A stretch of DNA of 64,000 nt, from the NCBI GenBank assembly GCA_038209995.1, contig JBBQXD010000010.1, positions 10,245 to 74,244 on the forward strand. The letters run 5' to 3'. The notes beneath the pieces were generated by a model. It saw only the letters and a program-made list of their open reading frames with translations. It searched no databases and had not been told where the DNA came from. This DNA comes from Candidatus Limnocylindria bacterium (lineage in GTDB: Bacteria > Chloroflexota > Limnocylindria > QHBO01). Below, piece by piece: positions 28,768 through 38,710 of the stretch (the first letter of the stretch is position 1; every line of letters starts with the position of its first letter). The position numbers and the translations under genes were made by a program.

Positions 28768-30321
28768 TCAGGCGTCGGCGCGGAGCGCCTCGAGGTCGAT
28801 CTCGCGCTGCAGGCGGTGGAGGACGTCGTCGGCGATGATGCCGCGATCCCGCAGCTCGACGAGCGTCCCGCGCTCGGCCTCGAGCACGGCCTGCCGGATC
28901 TCCTGGTGCTCGAGCAGCTCCTGGTCCGCCTCGTCGCTGCCCCCCGCCGGCTGGTGCCCCCCCCGGTGGTGGTATCGATCGCGCAGCTGGTCGATCAGCG
29001 GCAGGTGGTCCGGCCACTCGGTCGCGAGCCCGTCCAGGCGGGCGAGCCCCGCCTGGGTCGCCGCGCTCCTCGCCAGCGTCTCCTCATCGCTGTCCTCCGA
29101 CGGCGGGCGGACGCCGAGACGGCGAATGACGAATGGCAGGGTCAGCCCCTGCCCGACGAGCGTGACGAGGATGACACCGAAGGTCGCGAACAGGATGAGG
29201 TCGCGCCCCGGCAGGTCGGCCGGCAGGCCGAGCGCGAGCGCGAGTGACACGGCGCCGCGCATGCCCGCCCACCCGACGACCACCGAGCTCGCCATGGTGG
29301 CGTTGCGTCGTGGCGTCATCAGGTCGCCGGCGATGCGGCCGGTGACCGTGACCCAGATGAGGCGCACCACGACCGCCGTGACCGCCACCGCGGCCGCCAC
29401 CAGCACGAGCTGGCCGAGCGGCCGCGCCGCCTCGGCGAGCACGACCGGCAGCTGAAGACCGATGAGCACGAAGATCGCGGCGTTGATGAGGAAGATGAGC
29501 ATCTGCCAGACAGCGATGCCCAGCACCCGCGACTGCGAGGTGAAGACGCGCGAGGAGGCACGCCCGAGCAGCAGGCCGACGGTCACCGCGGCGAGGACGC
29601 CCGATGCGCCCAGCTGCTCCGCCGGCAGGTACGCGGCGAACGGGGCGATGAGGGTGACGATGACCTCGACCGGCGCGTCGTCGAGCCGCTCCTCGATCCA
29701 GATCACCGCCATGCCGACCACCGCACCGATCCCGACCCCGACCACGGTGACGAAGACGAGGTTCAGCCCGGCATCGGCCAGCGAGAAGCTGCCGCTCACC
29801 GCGGCCTGGAGGGCGATCGCGTAAGCGGTGAGCGCCGTGGCGTCGTTGACGAGGCTCTCGCCCTCGAGGATGACGACGAGGCGGCGCGGGAGGCCCAGCC
29901 GCTGCGCGATCGCGGTGGCCGCGACCGCGTCCGGTGGCGACACGATCGCGCCGAGGACGAAGGCCCCGGCCCAGCCGATCCCCGGTGCGAGGGTGTGCGC
30001 CACCCATCCCACGGCAAGCGTCGTCGCCGCGACGAGGCCCACCGCCAGGAGCGCGATGGCCGGCAGGTTCTGGCGCAGGTCGCGGATCGAGGTGAAGTAG
30101 GCGGCGGCGTTGAGGATCGGCGGCAGGAAGATGAGCAGCACGAGCTCGGGCGGGAGGGCGAAGCGCGGCAGGCCAGGCAGGAAGCCGAGCAGCAGGCCAC
30201 CGATGACCATGAGGATCGGGTACGGCACCCCGAAGCGCTTCGAGAGCGTCGCGAACAGCGCGATCGCCGACAGGAGGGCGAGCAGGATGGCGAGGCTGGC
30301 CACGGTCTCCGACGGGTGCAT
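28768..30321 (-). CDS. CPA1-family Na+/H+ antiporter
   Basis: FLPPIL, SPPDAVA, EGESLVND, GMRGAVSLA and TLVGQGLTLP. Confidence 0.93.
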   Translation of the reverse strand: MHPSETVASLAILLALLSAIALFATLSKRFGVPYPILMVIGGLLLGFLPGLPRFALPPELVLLIFLPPILNAAAYFTSIRDLRQNLPAIALLAVGLVAATTLAVGWVAHTLAPGIGWAGAFVLGAIVSPPDAVAATAIAQRLGLPRRLVVILEGESLVNDATALTAYAIALQAAVSGSFSLADAGLNLVFVTVVGVGIGAVVGMAVIWIEERLDDAPVEVIVTLIAPFAAYLPAEQLGASGVLAAVTVGLLLGRASSRVFTSQSRVLGIAVWQMLIFLINAAIFVLIGLQLPVVLAEAARPLGQLVLVAAAVAVTAVVVRLIWVTVTGRIAGDLMTPRRNATMASSVVVGWAGMRGAVSLALALGLPADLPGRDLILFATFGVILVTLVGQGLTLPFVIRRLGVRPPSEDSDEETLARSAATQAGLARLDGLATEWPDHLPLIDQLRDRYHHRGGHQPAGGSDEADQELLEHQEIRQAVLEAERGTLVELRDRGIIADDVLHRLQREIDLEALRADA

Positions 30322-30445
30322 CGCGGCAGCCTACCTGAGCGAGATTCGGCGGTCCTCATCGGTCCGGTGCGGTGGGTGCACGACCATTCGTCCGGGAGCG
30401 AGTAGGCCGGACGGTGGATCGTCGTGCGGGGTGTGCGGCGCTAGC

Positions 30446-30478
30446 GTTCGCGGCACGTTCATGCCACGTTCACGCCAC
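30446..30478 (+). promoter_or_regulatory. Three 11-bp direct repeats GTTCRYGSCAC (possible response-regulator box)
   Basis: GTTCGCGGCAC-GTTCATGCCAC-GTTCACGCCAC overlapping TAGCGT. Confidence 0.45.
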
Positions 30479-30494
30479 GCACGACGAGGAACCG

Positions 30495-30866
30495 ATGTCG
30501 CAGGTCCAGGCACACGAATGGCGCAGGTACGGATTCGGCGGACCGCCGGAGCCGTGGGAGCGTGGCGCCCAGCGCGACCTCGACCGCCTCGCGACCTCCT
30601 ACTACCTGGACCTGCTCGAGTCGCGCGGCGTGGCCCTCGCTCGTGACGAGGATCCGACCTTTCGCAGCCACGTGGAGGAGATCTTCACCGAGGCGACGCG
30701 CCACAAGCACGAGATCGACTACACGCTGCGCCACTGGGCGACGCCGGTCGAGCGCGCGCGCGTGGCTGACCGGCTCGGCTCGCTGATGCGCCTCTCGCGC
30801 CAGATGCGCGACCTGGCTCCCGAACGCGCCGATCGTCCGGCTCCGGAGCTACCGCCCGCCGCCTGA
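30495..30866 (+). CDS. Hypothetical protein
   Basis: GAGGA RBS, GC3-rich codon usage, 123 aa; no recognisable family. Confidence 0.75.
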   Translation: MSQVQAHEWRRYGFGGPPEPWERGAQRDLDRLATSYYLDLLESRGVALARDEDPTFRSHVEEIFTEATRHKHEIDYTLRHWATPVERARVADRLGSLMRLSRQMRDLAPERADRPAPELPPAA

Positions 30867-30892
30867 GCCTCGGGGGCCGCGGGTTGCCCGCG

Positions 30893-30967
30893 CTGTCAGC
30901 GGTGTGTCGTGACGCACGTTGTCACATGCTGCACATGCCGCACGCTGTCACGAGCAGGTGCTGACAG
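30893..30967. repeat. Imperfect inverted repeat (REP-like hairpin)
   Basis: CTGTCAGC-N6-TCGTGAC ... GTCACGA-N6-GCTGACAG. Confidence 0.55.
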
Positions 30968-31024
30968 GCGGCATCCCAACGGACGGACGCCTGGCCACGA
31001 GCGTCACGCCGTACACTCCGCGGC

Positions 31025-32004
31025 ATGGCCCGCTTCCCGACCCTCGCGGACGTCCTTGCCGCGCGCCAGGTGCTGCGGGGGATCGCCCTCGAGACGCCGT
31101 TGGAGTCGGTTCCCCAGCTCGCTGCCGAGCTCGGCGCGGCCGAGGTGCGGCTGAAGCGCGAGGACGTGCAGCCGACCGGCGCGTTCAAGATCCGCGGTGC
31201 TGAGGTAAAGGTCGCCGCGGTGGCCGCGACGAACCGGGACGCGAACCTGGTCACGGCCAGCAGCGGCAACCACGGCATCGCCTGCGCCACGGCTGCCGCC
31301 CGCCACGGCATGCGGCTCACCGTCCTCGTCGGTCGCTCCGTCTCGCCGGCCAAGCTCGAACGGCTCCGCACCCTCGAGACCGACCAGCTCACGGTCGAGC
31401 TGTTCGGGCGGGACACCGATGACTGCGAGCTCGAGGCCCGCCGTCGGGACGACGCCGGCGACGCCGTGTACATCTCGCCCTACAACGACGCCGATGTCAT
31501 CGCCGGCCAGGCGACCGTGGGGCTCGAGATCGCCGAGGGCTGGCCGCAGGTCGGGCTGGTCGTGGTGCCGATCGGGGGGGTGGGCTCATCAGCGGCATCG
31601 GCCTGTGGCTGAAGGCGACGATGCCCAGTGTGCGGCTGGTTGGCGTCCAGCCGGCCGCGTCACCGCCGATGTACGCGCACCTCGCCACCGGCGCCACCGC
31701 GGCGATGCCGATCGCGCCGACCCTCGCCGATGGCGTGGCCGGCAACATCGAGCGCGGCAGCATCACCTGGAAGATGTGCCGCCAGCTCGTCGACGAGGTC
31801 GTGCTCGTCGACGAGGACGAGATCGCCGACGCGATGCGCTGGGCGATCGACGTGCCGCACATCCTGCTCGAAGGCAGCGCGGTGCTCGGCATCGCGGCCC
31901 TGCGCGCCGGCCGCGTGGCGTCGGTCCGTGGTCAGCGGGTGGCGGTGGTGGTGACCGGCCGCGGCGTCGACGCCGCCACGCTCGCCCCGATCCTCGCCGG
32001 CTAG
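31025..32004 (+). pseudogene. Threonine/serine dehydratase-like PLP enzyme, frameshifted at a G7 run (31574-31580)
   Basis: KREDVQPTGAFKIRG and SSGNHG; PIGGGGLISG needs G8; the second frame continues TLADGVA...EGSA. Confidence 0.85.
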
Positions 32005-32007
32005 GCC

Positions 32008-32313
32008 CGGGCCAGTTCCCCGCGTCGGTCCCGAGGCACGCGCGGACGCCGGGACGTGGTCGATCATCTGCTTCTTCGTGCCGCGCGGCGCCCGGTCGCG
32101 GGGCGTCGCGCACGCCCTCCTGGCAGGAGCGGTGGATTGGGCACGCCAGCGGGGCGCCATCACCACCACGACCATCGGGTCGACCCCGGCGATGCGCGGC
32201 CACCGGGCAGCTCCCTGCACGTGGGCTCGATCGGGATGTTTGCGGCGGCCGGCTTCAGGGAGGCCGCGCGACGCGTTGCCGGGCGGCCCGTCATGGAGCT
32301 CGCCCTGGCCTGA
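32008..32313 (+). pseudogene. GNAT acetyltransferase C-terminal remnant
   Basis: WSIICFFV...RSRGVAHALLAGAVDWAR, then HVGSIGMFAAAGF in another frame; no N-terminus. Confidence 0.65.
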
Positions 32314-32353
32314 GCGCGACCCGGTCGGGCTGCATGGGTAGACTGGGCGCGAC

Positions 32354-35300
32354 ATGTCCCAGCCCAATGCCGACCAGCTCACCGACGCGCTGAACCTCGT
32401 CAACGCCGGCTACGTGGCCGACCTCTACGAGCGCTATCGGGCCGATCCGGCCTCGGTCGAGGCAGAGTGGCGGGCGCGCTTCGATGCCGGCTTCGCGGGC
32501 TTCGACCCGGTGACGGCCGGCGACAGGGGCAGCACGAATGGTCGGCCCGGCGCGCCTGAGGCGCCTGAGGCGCCTACCACGCCCGCCACGCCCACCACGC
32601 CCGCCGCGGTGCTTCCGGACGGCGCGACCCCCATCAAGGGTCCCGCTGCGCGCCTGGCGAAGAACATGATCGCCAGCCTTGCGATCCCGACCGCCACCAG
32701 CTTCCGCGACATCGAGGTGAGCGCCCTCGAGGAGCGCCGTCGCGAGCTGAATGGTCAGGTGACGCCGCGCAAGGTGAGCTTCACCCATCTCATCGGCTTC
32801 GCGATCGTGCAGGCCGCCAGGGCGCAGCCGACGATGACCCACTTCTACCTGGAAGCCGATGGCGCCGCGTATCGCGTCAACCCCGGCGGCGTGAACCTCG
32901 GGCTGGCGGTGGACGTCGAGCGCTCCGATGGAAGCCGCCTCCTGGTCGTGCCGGTCATCAAGCGCGCCGACGAGATGGATTTCTCGGAGTTCCTGGCCCG
33001 ATACGAGGAGCTCGTCGGGAAGGCGCGGAGCAACAAGCTCGGGCCGGATGACATGGCGGGCGCCACGATCACGCTCACCAACCCGGGCACGCTGGGGACG
33101 ACCGCATCGGTCCCGCGCCTGATGCCGAACAGCGGCTGCATCGTCGCCACCGGCACGATCCGCGCCGTCGGCGCCCAGCGCCTGATGACGATCACGAGCA
33201 CCTACGACCACCGCATCATCCAGGGCGCGGAGTCGGGAACCTTCCTGCGCGGCATCGACGGCTCACTGCGCGGCGAGGACACGTTCTATGCCGACGTCTT
33301 CGGCGCGCTGCAGGCCTCGATGGCGCCCGAGGTGCCGGCGCCTCCCGCACTATCCGGCGGCGCGTCCGCCAGCGCCCCGGCCGGGTACGACGACCTCAGG
33401 GCGGTGGCGGCGGGGATGGCGCTCGTCAAGGCCTACCGCAACTTCGGGCACATGGCGGCCCGGCTCGACCCCCTCGGCGGCGACCCCCTCGGCGACCCCG
33501 CGCTCGACCTTGTGCCCCTCGGGCTCAACGCAACGAACATGGCCCGCATCCCGGCCGAGCTGATGCGCATCTACGTTCCCGGCACGACGCTCGCCGAGGC
33601 CCTCCCCCACCTCGCGGCCACCTACGGCGGCACGATCGCCTACGAGGTCGAGCACATCGCGAGCCACGAGGAGCGCGTCTGGCTGCGCCACGTGATCGAG
33701 ACCGGTGAGCACGCCCCGCCGCTCGATGCCGACGCGCAGCGCAACCTGCTCGCCCGCCTGACCCGCGTCGAGGGGCTCGAGCGCTTCCTCCACAAGGCAT
33801 ATCTCGGCCAGAAGCGGTTCAGCATCGAGGGCCTCGACAGCATGGTGCCGATGCTCGACCGGATCATCGCCGACGCCGCCGACGCCGGGGCCGGCGAGGT
33901 GGTGATCGGCATGGCGCACCGCGGCCGCCTCTCCGTGCTGTCGCACATCATCGGCGTCAGTCGCGAGGCGATCCTCTCCGAGTTCGAGGCCGGCAGGGCA
34001 TTGGATCCGATGGCGCCCACGGGCGGCCTCGACGACGTGAAATACCACCTCGGCGCCGAGGGTGAGGTCACGACCGCCGGCGGACGCACGGTGCGGGTGG
34101 CGCTCGTCCCCAACCCGAGCCATCTCGAGGCGGTCAACCCGGTCGTCGAGGGACGCGCGCGCGCGTCGCAGACGGACCGATCCATCCCGATCGCATCGGT
34201 CGCCCACGCCAGCGTCATGCCGGTGCTGCTGCATGGCGACGCCGCCTTCGCGGCCCAGGGCGTGGTCGCCGAGACCTTCAACCTGTCACGGCTCGCCGGC
34301 TACTCGACGGGCGGCACGATCCACCTGATCACGAACAACCAGGTGGGCTTCACGACCTCCCCGGCCGAGGGCCGCTCGACGGACTACTCGTCGGACCTCG
34401 CCAAGGGCTTCGACGCCCCGATCATCCACGTCAACGCTGACGACCCGGAAGCCTGTCTCGCCGCGGCGCGCCTGGCCACGATGTACCGCCAGCGATTCGG
34501 GAGCGACGTGGTGATCGACCTCGTCGGCTATCGCCGCTACGGCCATAACGAGGGCGACGAGCCGGGGTACAGCCAGCCGCGGATGTACGCGGCGATCGCC
34601 GCCCATCGCACGGTCCGTGAGATCTACCGCGACGAGCTGGTGGCCGGAGGCGTGGTCAAAGCCGACGAGGTGGCGGCCGACGCGAAGGCGGTCGCGAAGG
34701 AGATGGCCGCCGCTCAGGCCTCGCTCCGCAAGCGCGACCCGAACGACGAGCTCGACCGCGGCGCGGAGCGTCTCTCCCGCGAAGAGGCGCCGGAACCGGT
34801 GACCGCGGTGCCCGCGAAGGCGCTCCGCGCGCTCAACGAGCAGCTCCTGCGCTGGCCGGAGGGCCTGGTCGTCAACGGCAAGCTCGCGAAGCAGCTCGAG
34901 CGACGCCGCGCGGCGCTCGCATCGGACGAGCCGCACATCGACTGGGCGCATGCCGAGACGCTTGCCCTCGCATCGCTCCTCGCCGACGGCACGCCGATTC
35001 GGCTCACTGGACAGGACACGGTGCGCGGGACGTTCTCGCAGCGTCACCAGGCGATCATCGACGAGGCGACCGGCGAGCCGTACGTGCCGATCCAGCACCT
35101 CGACGGTGTGACGGCGGCGTTCGAGGTCCACAACTCGCCGCTCTCCGAATACGCATGCCTCGGCTTCGAGTACGGCTACGCGGTCACAGCTCCCGAGGCC
35201 CTCGTCCTGTGGGAGGCGCAGTACGGCGACTTCGTCAACGGGGCGGAGATCATCATCGACCAGTTCCTCATCGCCGGCCTCGCGAAGTGGCGCCAGACGT

Positions 35301-35974
35301 CACGCCTCACTCTCCTCCTGCCGCATGGCTACGAGGGGTCGGGGCCGGAGCACTCATCGGCCCGCCTCGAGCGCTTCCTGGCGCTCGGCGCCGAGGGCAA
35401 CATCCGGGTCTGCTACCCGACCACGCCGGCGCAGTACTTCCACCTCCTCCGTCGCCAGGCGAAGCATGGCGACCTCCGTCCGCTGATCGTCATGACCCCG
35501 AAGTCGCTCCTCCGCCTGCCACAGGCGGCCTCACGGCTGGCGGAGCTGACCGATGGCGCCTTCGCATCGGTCCTCGACGATCCGCGCTTCGCGACCGACA
35601 AGGCCGCGGCAGCGGTGAACCGCATCGTCCTGTGCAGCGGCAAGGTCTACTACGACCTGCTGCTCTCGAAGGAACGCGAGGCCGCCCACGATCTCGCGAT
35701 CATCCGCGTCGAGCGGCTGTACCCCTTCCCGACCGACGAGCTGCGGCCCGTCCTGGCGCGCTACCCGGGGCTCGAGAAGCTCTCGTGGGTCCAGGAGGAG
35801 CCGCGCAACATGGGCGCCCGCAAGTTCGTGATGCCGAAGATCCGGCACCTGGTGCCGTACAAGATCCCCCTCGGCGACCTCTCGCGCCCCGAGCGCTCGC
35901 GCCCGGCCGAGGGCTACCCCGCCGCTCACGCCCTGGAGCAGGCGCGCATCGTCCACGAGGCGCTGACGAGCTGA
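32354..35974 (+). CDS. kgd: Multifunctional 2-oxoglutarate decarboxylase/dehydrogenase (E2 catalytic domain fused to E1)
   Basis: TYDHRIIQGAESG (E2), KRFSIEG, GMAHRGRL, HGDAAF, GHNEGDEP and GPEHSSAR. Confidence 0.96.
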   Translation: MSQPNADQLTDALNLVNAGYVADLYERYRADPASVEAEWRARFDAGFAGFDPVTAGDRGSTNGRPGAPEAPEAPTTPATPTTPAAVLPDGATPIKGPAARLAKNMIASLAIPTATSFRDIEVSALEERRRELNGQVTPRKVSFTHLIGFAIVQAARAQPTMTHFYLEADGAAYRVNPGGVNLGLAVDVERSDGSRLLVVPVIKRADEMDFSEFLARYEELVGKARSNKLGPDDMAGATITLTNPGTLGTTASVPRLMPNSGCIVATGTIRAVGAQRLMTITSTYDHRIIQGAESGTFLRGIDGSLRGEDTFYADVFGALQASMAPEVPAPPALSGGASASAPAGYDDLRAVAAGMALVKAYRNFGHMAARLDPLGGDPLGDPALDLVPLGLNATNMARIPAELMRIYVPGTTLAEALPHLAATYGGTIAYEVEHIASHEERVWLRHVIETGEHAPPLDADAQRNLLARLTRVEGLERFLHKAYLGQKRFSIEGLDSMVPMLDRIIADAADAGAGEVVIGMAHRGRLSVLSHIIGVSREAILSEFEAGRALDPMAPTGGLDDVKYHLGAEGEVTTAGGRTVRVALVPNPSHLEAVNPVVEGRARASQTDRSIPIASVAHASVMPVLLHGDAAFAAQGVVAETFNLSRLAGYSTGGTIHLITNNQVGFTTSPAEGRSTDYSSDLAKGFDAPIIHVNADDPEACLAAARLATMYRQRFGSDVVIDLVGYRRYGHNEGDEPGYSQPRMYAAIAAHRTVREIYRDELVAGGVVKADEVAADAKAVAKEMAAAQASLRKRDPNDELDRGAERLSREEAPEPVTAVPAKALRALNEQLLRWPEGLVVNGKLAKQLERRRAALASDEPHIDWAHAETLALASLLADGTPIRLTGQDTVRGTFSQRHQAIIDEATGEPYVPIQHLDGVTAAFEVHNSPLSEYACLGFEYGYAVTAPEALVLWEAQYGDFVNGAEIIIDQFLIAGLAKWRQTSRLTLLLPHGYEGSGPEHSSARLERFLALGAEGNIRVCYPTTPAQYFHLLRRQAKHGDLRPLIVMTPKSLLRLPQAASRLAELTDGAFASVLDDPRFATDKAAAAVNRIVLCSGKVYYDLLLSKEREAAHDLAIIRVERLYPFPTDELRPVLARYPGLEKLSWVQEEPRNMGARKFVMPKIRHLVPYKIPLGDLSRPERSRPAEGYPAAHALEQARIVHEALTS

Positions 35975-36008
35975 CGGCGCCGAGGAGCGACGGCTGCGGC
36001 CAAGCCAG

Positions 36009-36216
36009 CGGTCAGGGTCAGATTTGCGCCCGGCGCACGGTACGGCGGCGAATCGGTCCGGTCAGGGTCAGATTTGCGCCCCTGGTTCCGTTAGGGCGCC
36101 GATTCGCCGGCAGCCGTGTCCGCGAGCGGGCCCGCCACGCTCGGATCGGTCCGCCCATGACGGATCCGCTGCCGTCCGGCCTGTCTAGCGTGCGCCCCAC
36201 GCAATTCTGACCCTGG
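36009..36216. repeat. Repeat cluster: CGGTCAGGGTCAGATTTGCGCCC x2 (50-bp period) plus an inverted copy inside the nuclease gene's 3' end
   Basis: Copies at 36009-36031 and 36059-36081; inverted GCAATTCTGACCCTG at 36201-36215; second IR CGGCGAATCGG/CCGATTCGCCG. Confidence 0.85.
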
Positions 36217-36858
36217 CTCGAACAGGAGCAGGCCGCCGACCGGCGGGCTCGGGGCAGCGAGCCACTTCCGGGCCGCGAGGCCGCGGCAGCCGAGCGCCGC
36301 GAATGCCGCCGGATGGGCCGCGATCCGCCGGCGGTTCGTCTTCGTGTCGGAGATGACCAGGCATGGGACGACGCGACCTGCACGCCACCCGAACCGGCTC
36401 GCGATCCGCGGCGCCAGGCGCACCTTCGCATCGAGCCGCGCCAGGACCGCCTGCGTATCGGCCACGACCGTCTTCAGCTCCACGACCAGAAGCGTCTGCG
36501 TCGCCGGGTGAATGCAGAGTTCGTCGATCGAGCCGCGCTCGCCCCATTCGCTGTATGTGACCTCGGCCCGCGCAACCCACGCCGACCGGCGACGGGACCA
36601 TCGCTCTCTCAGCGACGCGTGGGCAGCGTCGATCAGCCGATCCAGCTCGCCGCCACGCCACTGCACGGATAGCACGAGCCGTGCGTCGAGGACGCCGAGC
36701 ATGCGCTCGAGCATCGCCAATCCGGCTGCGGCCCGACCGCGCTCGACCCGCGAGACGACCGACCCGCTGCACCCCACCCGCCCGCCGAGCTCGGCCTGCG
36801 TCCACCCGCGACGGTGTCGGAGCGAGCGGATGACCGGACCGATACGACCCGCATCCAC
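36091..36858 (-). CDS. HTH-XRE domain + PD-(D/E)XK nuclease-like protein
   Basis: RHRRGWTQAELG...VSRVERG HTH; AEV...GSIDEL...LVVELKT catalytic-like motif. Confidence 0.8.
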   Translation of the reverse strand: MDAGRIGPVIRSLRHRRGWTQAELGGRVGCSGSVVSRVERGRAAAGLAMLERMLGVLDARLVLSVQWRGGELDRLIDAAHASLRERWSRRRSAWVARAEVTYSEWGERGSIDELCIHPATQTLLVVELKTVVADTQAVLARLDAKVRLAPRIASRFGWRAGRVVPCLVISDTKTNRRRIAAHPAAFAALGCRGLAARKWLAAPSPPVGGLLLFEPGSELRGAHARQAGRQRIRHGRTDPSVAGPLADTAAGESAP

Positions 36859-36894
36859 GTCGCGGATCCTCGCCCAAGGACGCTTACTGGCTGG

Positions 36895-37635
36895 TTATCG
36901 GCCGCTTAGTACCGCGTCATTCCGCTCCCGTTCGCGGAGATGGAGGCGCAGGTCGAGGAGGATCTTCATGAGCACCGGCACGGCGAGCGCCGCGACCGGC
37001 GTGCCGAGCAGGGCGATGAGGAAACCCAGCCGCCGATGATCGTCAGGTGTAGCGCCACCACGGGGCCGTAGACGCTGAACATCTGCTCGCCCGGCGACAC
37101 GCGCAGGTACTCGCGCCGCCCGATGTAGTTCAGGAAGAACGAGCTGACGTGGCTGGTCGCCAGGCCGATGCCGGCGAGGAGCAGCCCGTCGGGTCGCTGG
37201 CGCCGAAGCCGGAGGCGCCATCGGTCCCACCGAAGCGACCGATGCCCGCGAAGAGCGGCAGGGTGAAGACGAAGACGCCGTGCACGACCCAGAAGATCCC
37301 GTAATGGACGATGAAGAACGGGACGAGGCAGCCGGCCACCTGCGGCACGTTGCGGCCGGCAATGCCCGACCCCGCGATCCGCATCCTCGTCTCCGGCGTC
37401 GCGGCCACGGACGAGCGCGATCTTGCAAGATGTTCACGACGCCCACGATCCCGATTCGAGCCAGTAGAGGACGAGGATCAGCATCAGCGACCAGCCTCAA
37501 AGATCACGCCGATGAGCGGGACGAGTTGAAGCCGACCAGCGCCACCAGGAAACGGTCGACGCCATCTCGTCGGCGGGCAGAACAGAGAGCGTCGACCGCT
37601 GACGGGTCGGCGGCCAGGACGCGCGTCCTGGCCAT
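36895..37635 (-). pseudogene. DUF6498-like membrane protein gene with multiple frameshifts
   Basis: Fragments LILVLYWLE, PFFIVHYGIFWVVHGVF, FLNYIGRREY and MKILLDLRLH occur in different frames. Confidence 0.7.
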
Positions 37636-37656
37636 CGGCCGGTACACTCGCCGCCC

Positions 37657-38703
37657 ATGACCCCGCTCCTCGAGCGCTACCGCGACCTGCTAGCGGCACC
37701 CGGCGAGGCGTTTCCGTTGTCGCTCGGCGAGGGCGCGACGCCCCTCGTCCATGCCCGGCGGCTGGGCGCGGAGCTCGGCCTGCCGAACCTGCATCTCAAG
37801 TTCGAGGGCACGAACCCCACCGGCTCGTTCAAGGACCGCGGGATGGTGCTTGCCGTCAACAGGGCGCTCGCTGCCGGCGCGCGGGCGGTCGTGTGCGCCT
37901 CGACCGGCAACACCTCCGCCTCCGCGGCCGCCTACGCCGCAGCGGCGGGCATCCCGTGCCACGTCCTGCTCCCCGCCGGCAAGGTGGCGCGCGGCAAGCT
38001 GGCCCAGGCGCTCGCCGCCGGGGCGCGACTCGTCATGATCGACGGCAACTTCGACGCCGCCCTGGAGGCGGTGCGCCGTCTCGGCGAGGAGGGGGTCGCG
38101 GCGGTGGTGAACTCCATCAACCCGGACCGCATCGCTGGCCAGCAGACGATCGCGTTCGAGATCTGCGACGCGGCCGGGCGGGCGCCGGATGCGGTGGCCC
38201 TGCCGGTCGGCAATGCGGGAAACATCACCGCCGCCTGGCACGGATTCACGGCGTATGCCGATGCCGGACGGGTTGACGGTAGGCCCCGCATGCTCGGCTT
38301 TCAGGCCGATGGCGCCGCGCCCATCGTCCGCGGCGCGCCGGTGGTCGAACCGGAGACGGTCGCCACCGCGATCAGGATCGGCAACCCGGCGTCCTGGGCG
38401 GGTGCGCTGGCGGCGCGAGACGAGTCCGGCGGGCTCATCGAGGCGGTGACCGACGAGGAGATCCTCGCGGCCCAGCGCGACATCGTGCGACTGGAGGGCA
38501 TCTTCTGCGAGCCGGCCAGTGCGGCCGGGGTGGCCGGCGTGCGACGCCTGGCACGAGAGGGGCGGATCGGTCCCGACGAGGTCGTCGTCTGCATCCTCAC
38601 CGGCCACGGCCTCAAGGATCCCGACGCGATCCAAGGTGAGGAGGGAACGCTCACCCCAGTCGCGCCAGAGCTCGGCGCGATCCGCGCCGCGATTGGCATC
38701 TGA
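37657..38703 (+). CDS. thrC: Threonine synthase
   Basis: KFEGTNPTGSFKDRG, CASTGNTSAS, PVGNAGN and LTGHGLKDP. Confidence 0.95.
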   Translation: MTPLLERYRDLLAAPGEAFPLSLGEGATPLVHARRLGAELGLPNLHLKFEGTNPTGSFKDRGMVLAVNRALAAGARAVVCASTGNTSASAAAYAAAAGIPCHVLLPAGKVARGKLAQALAAGARLVMIDGNFDAALEAVRRLGEEGVAAVVNSINPDRIAGQQTIAFEICDAAGRAPDAVALPVGNAGNITAAWHGFTAYADAGRVDGRPRMLGFQADGAAPIVRGAPVVEPETVATAIRIGNPASWAGALAARDESGGLIEAVTDEEILAAQRDIVRLEGIFCEPASAAGVAGVRRLAREGRIGPDEVVVCILTGHGLKDPDAIQGEEGTLTPVAPELGAIRAAIGI

Positions 38704-38710
38704 CCCCCCG

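Noticed and set aside
32551-32605. 9-bp tandem repeats in kgd (APEAPEAPTTPATPTTP)
   Set aside because: Ordinary Pro/Ala/Thr-rich linker
36009-36081. Direct repeats (also 60560-60613) as a CRISPR array
   Set aside because: Only two copies each and no cas genes in the window
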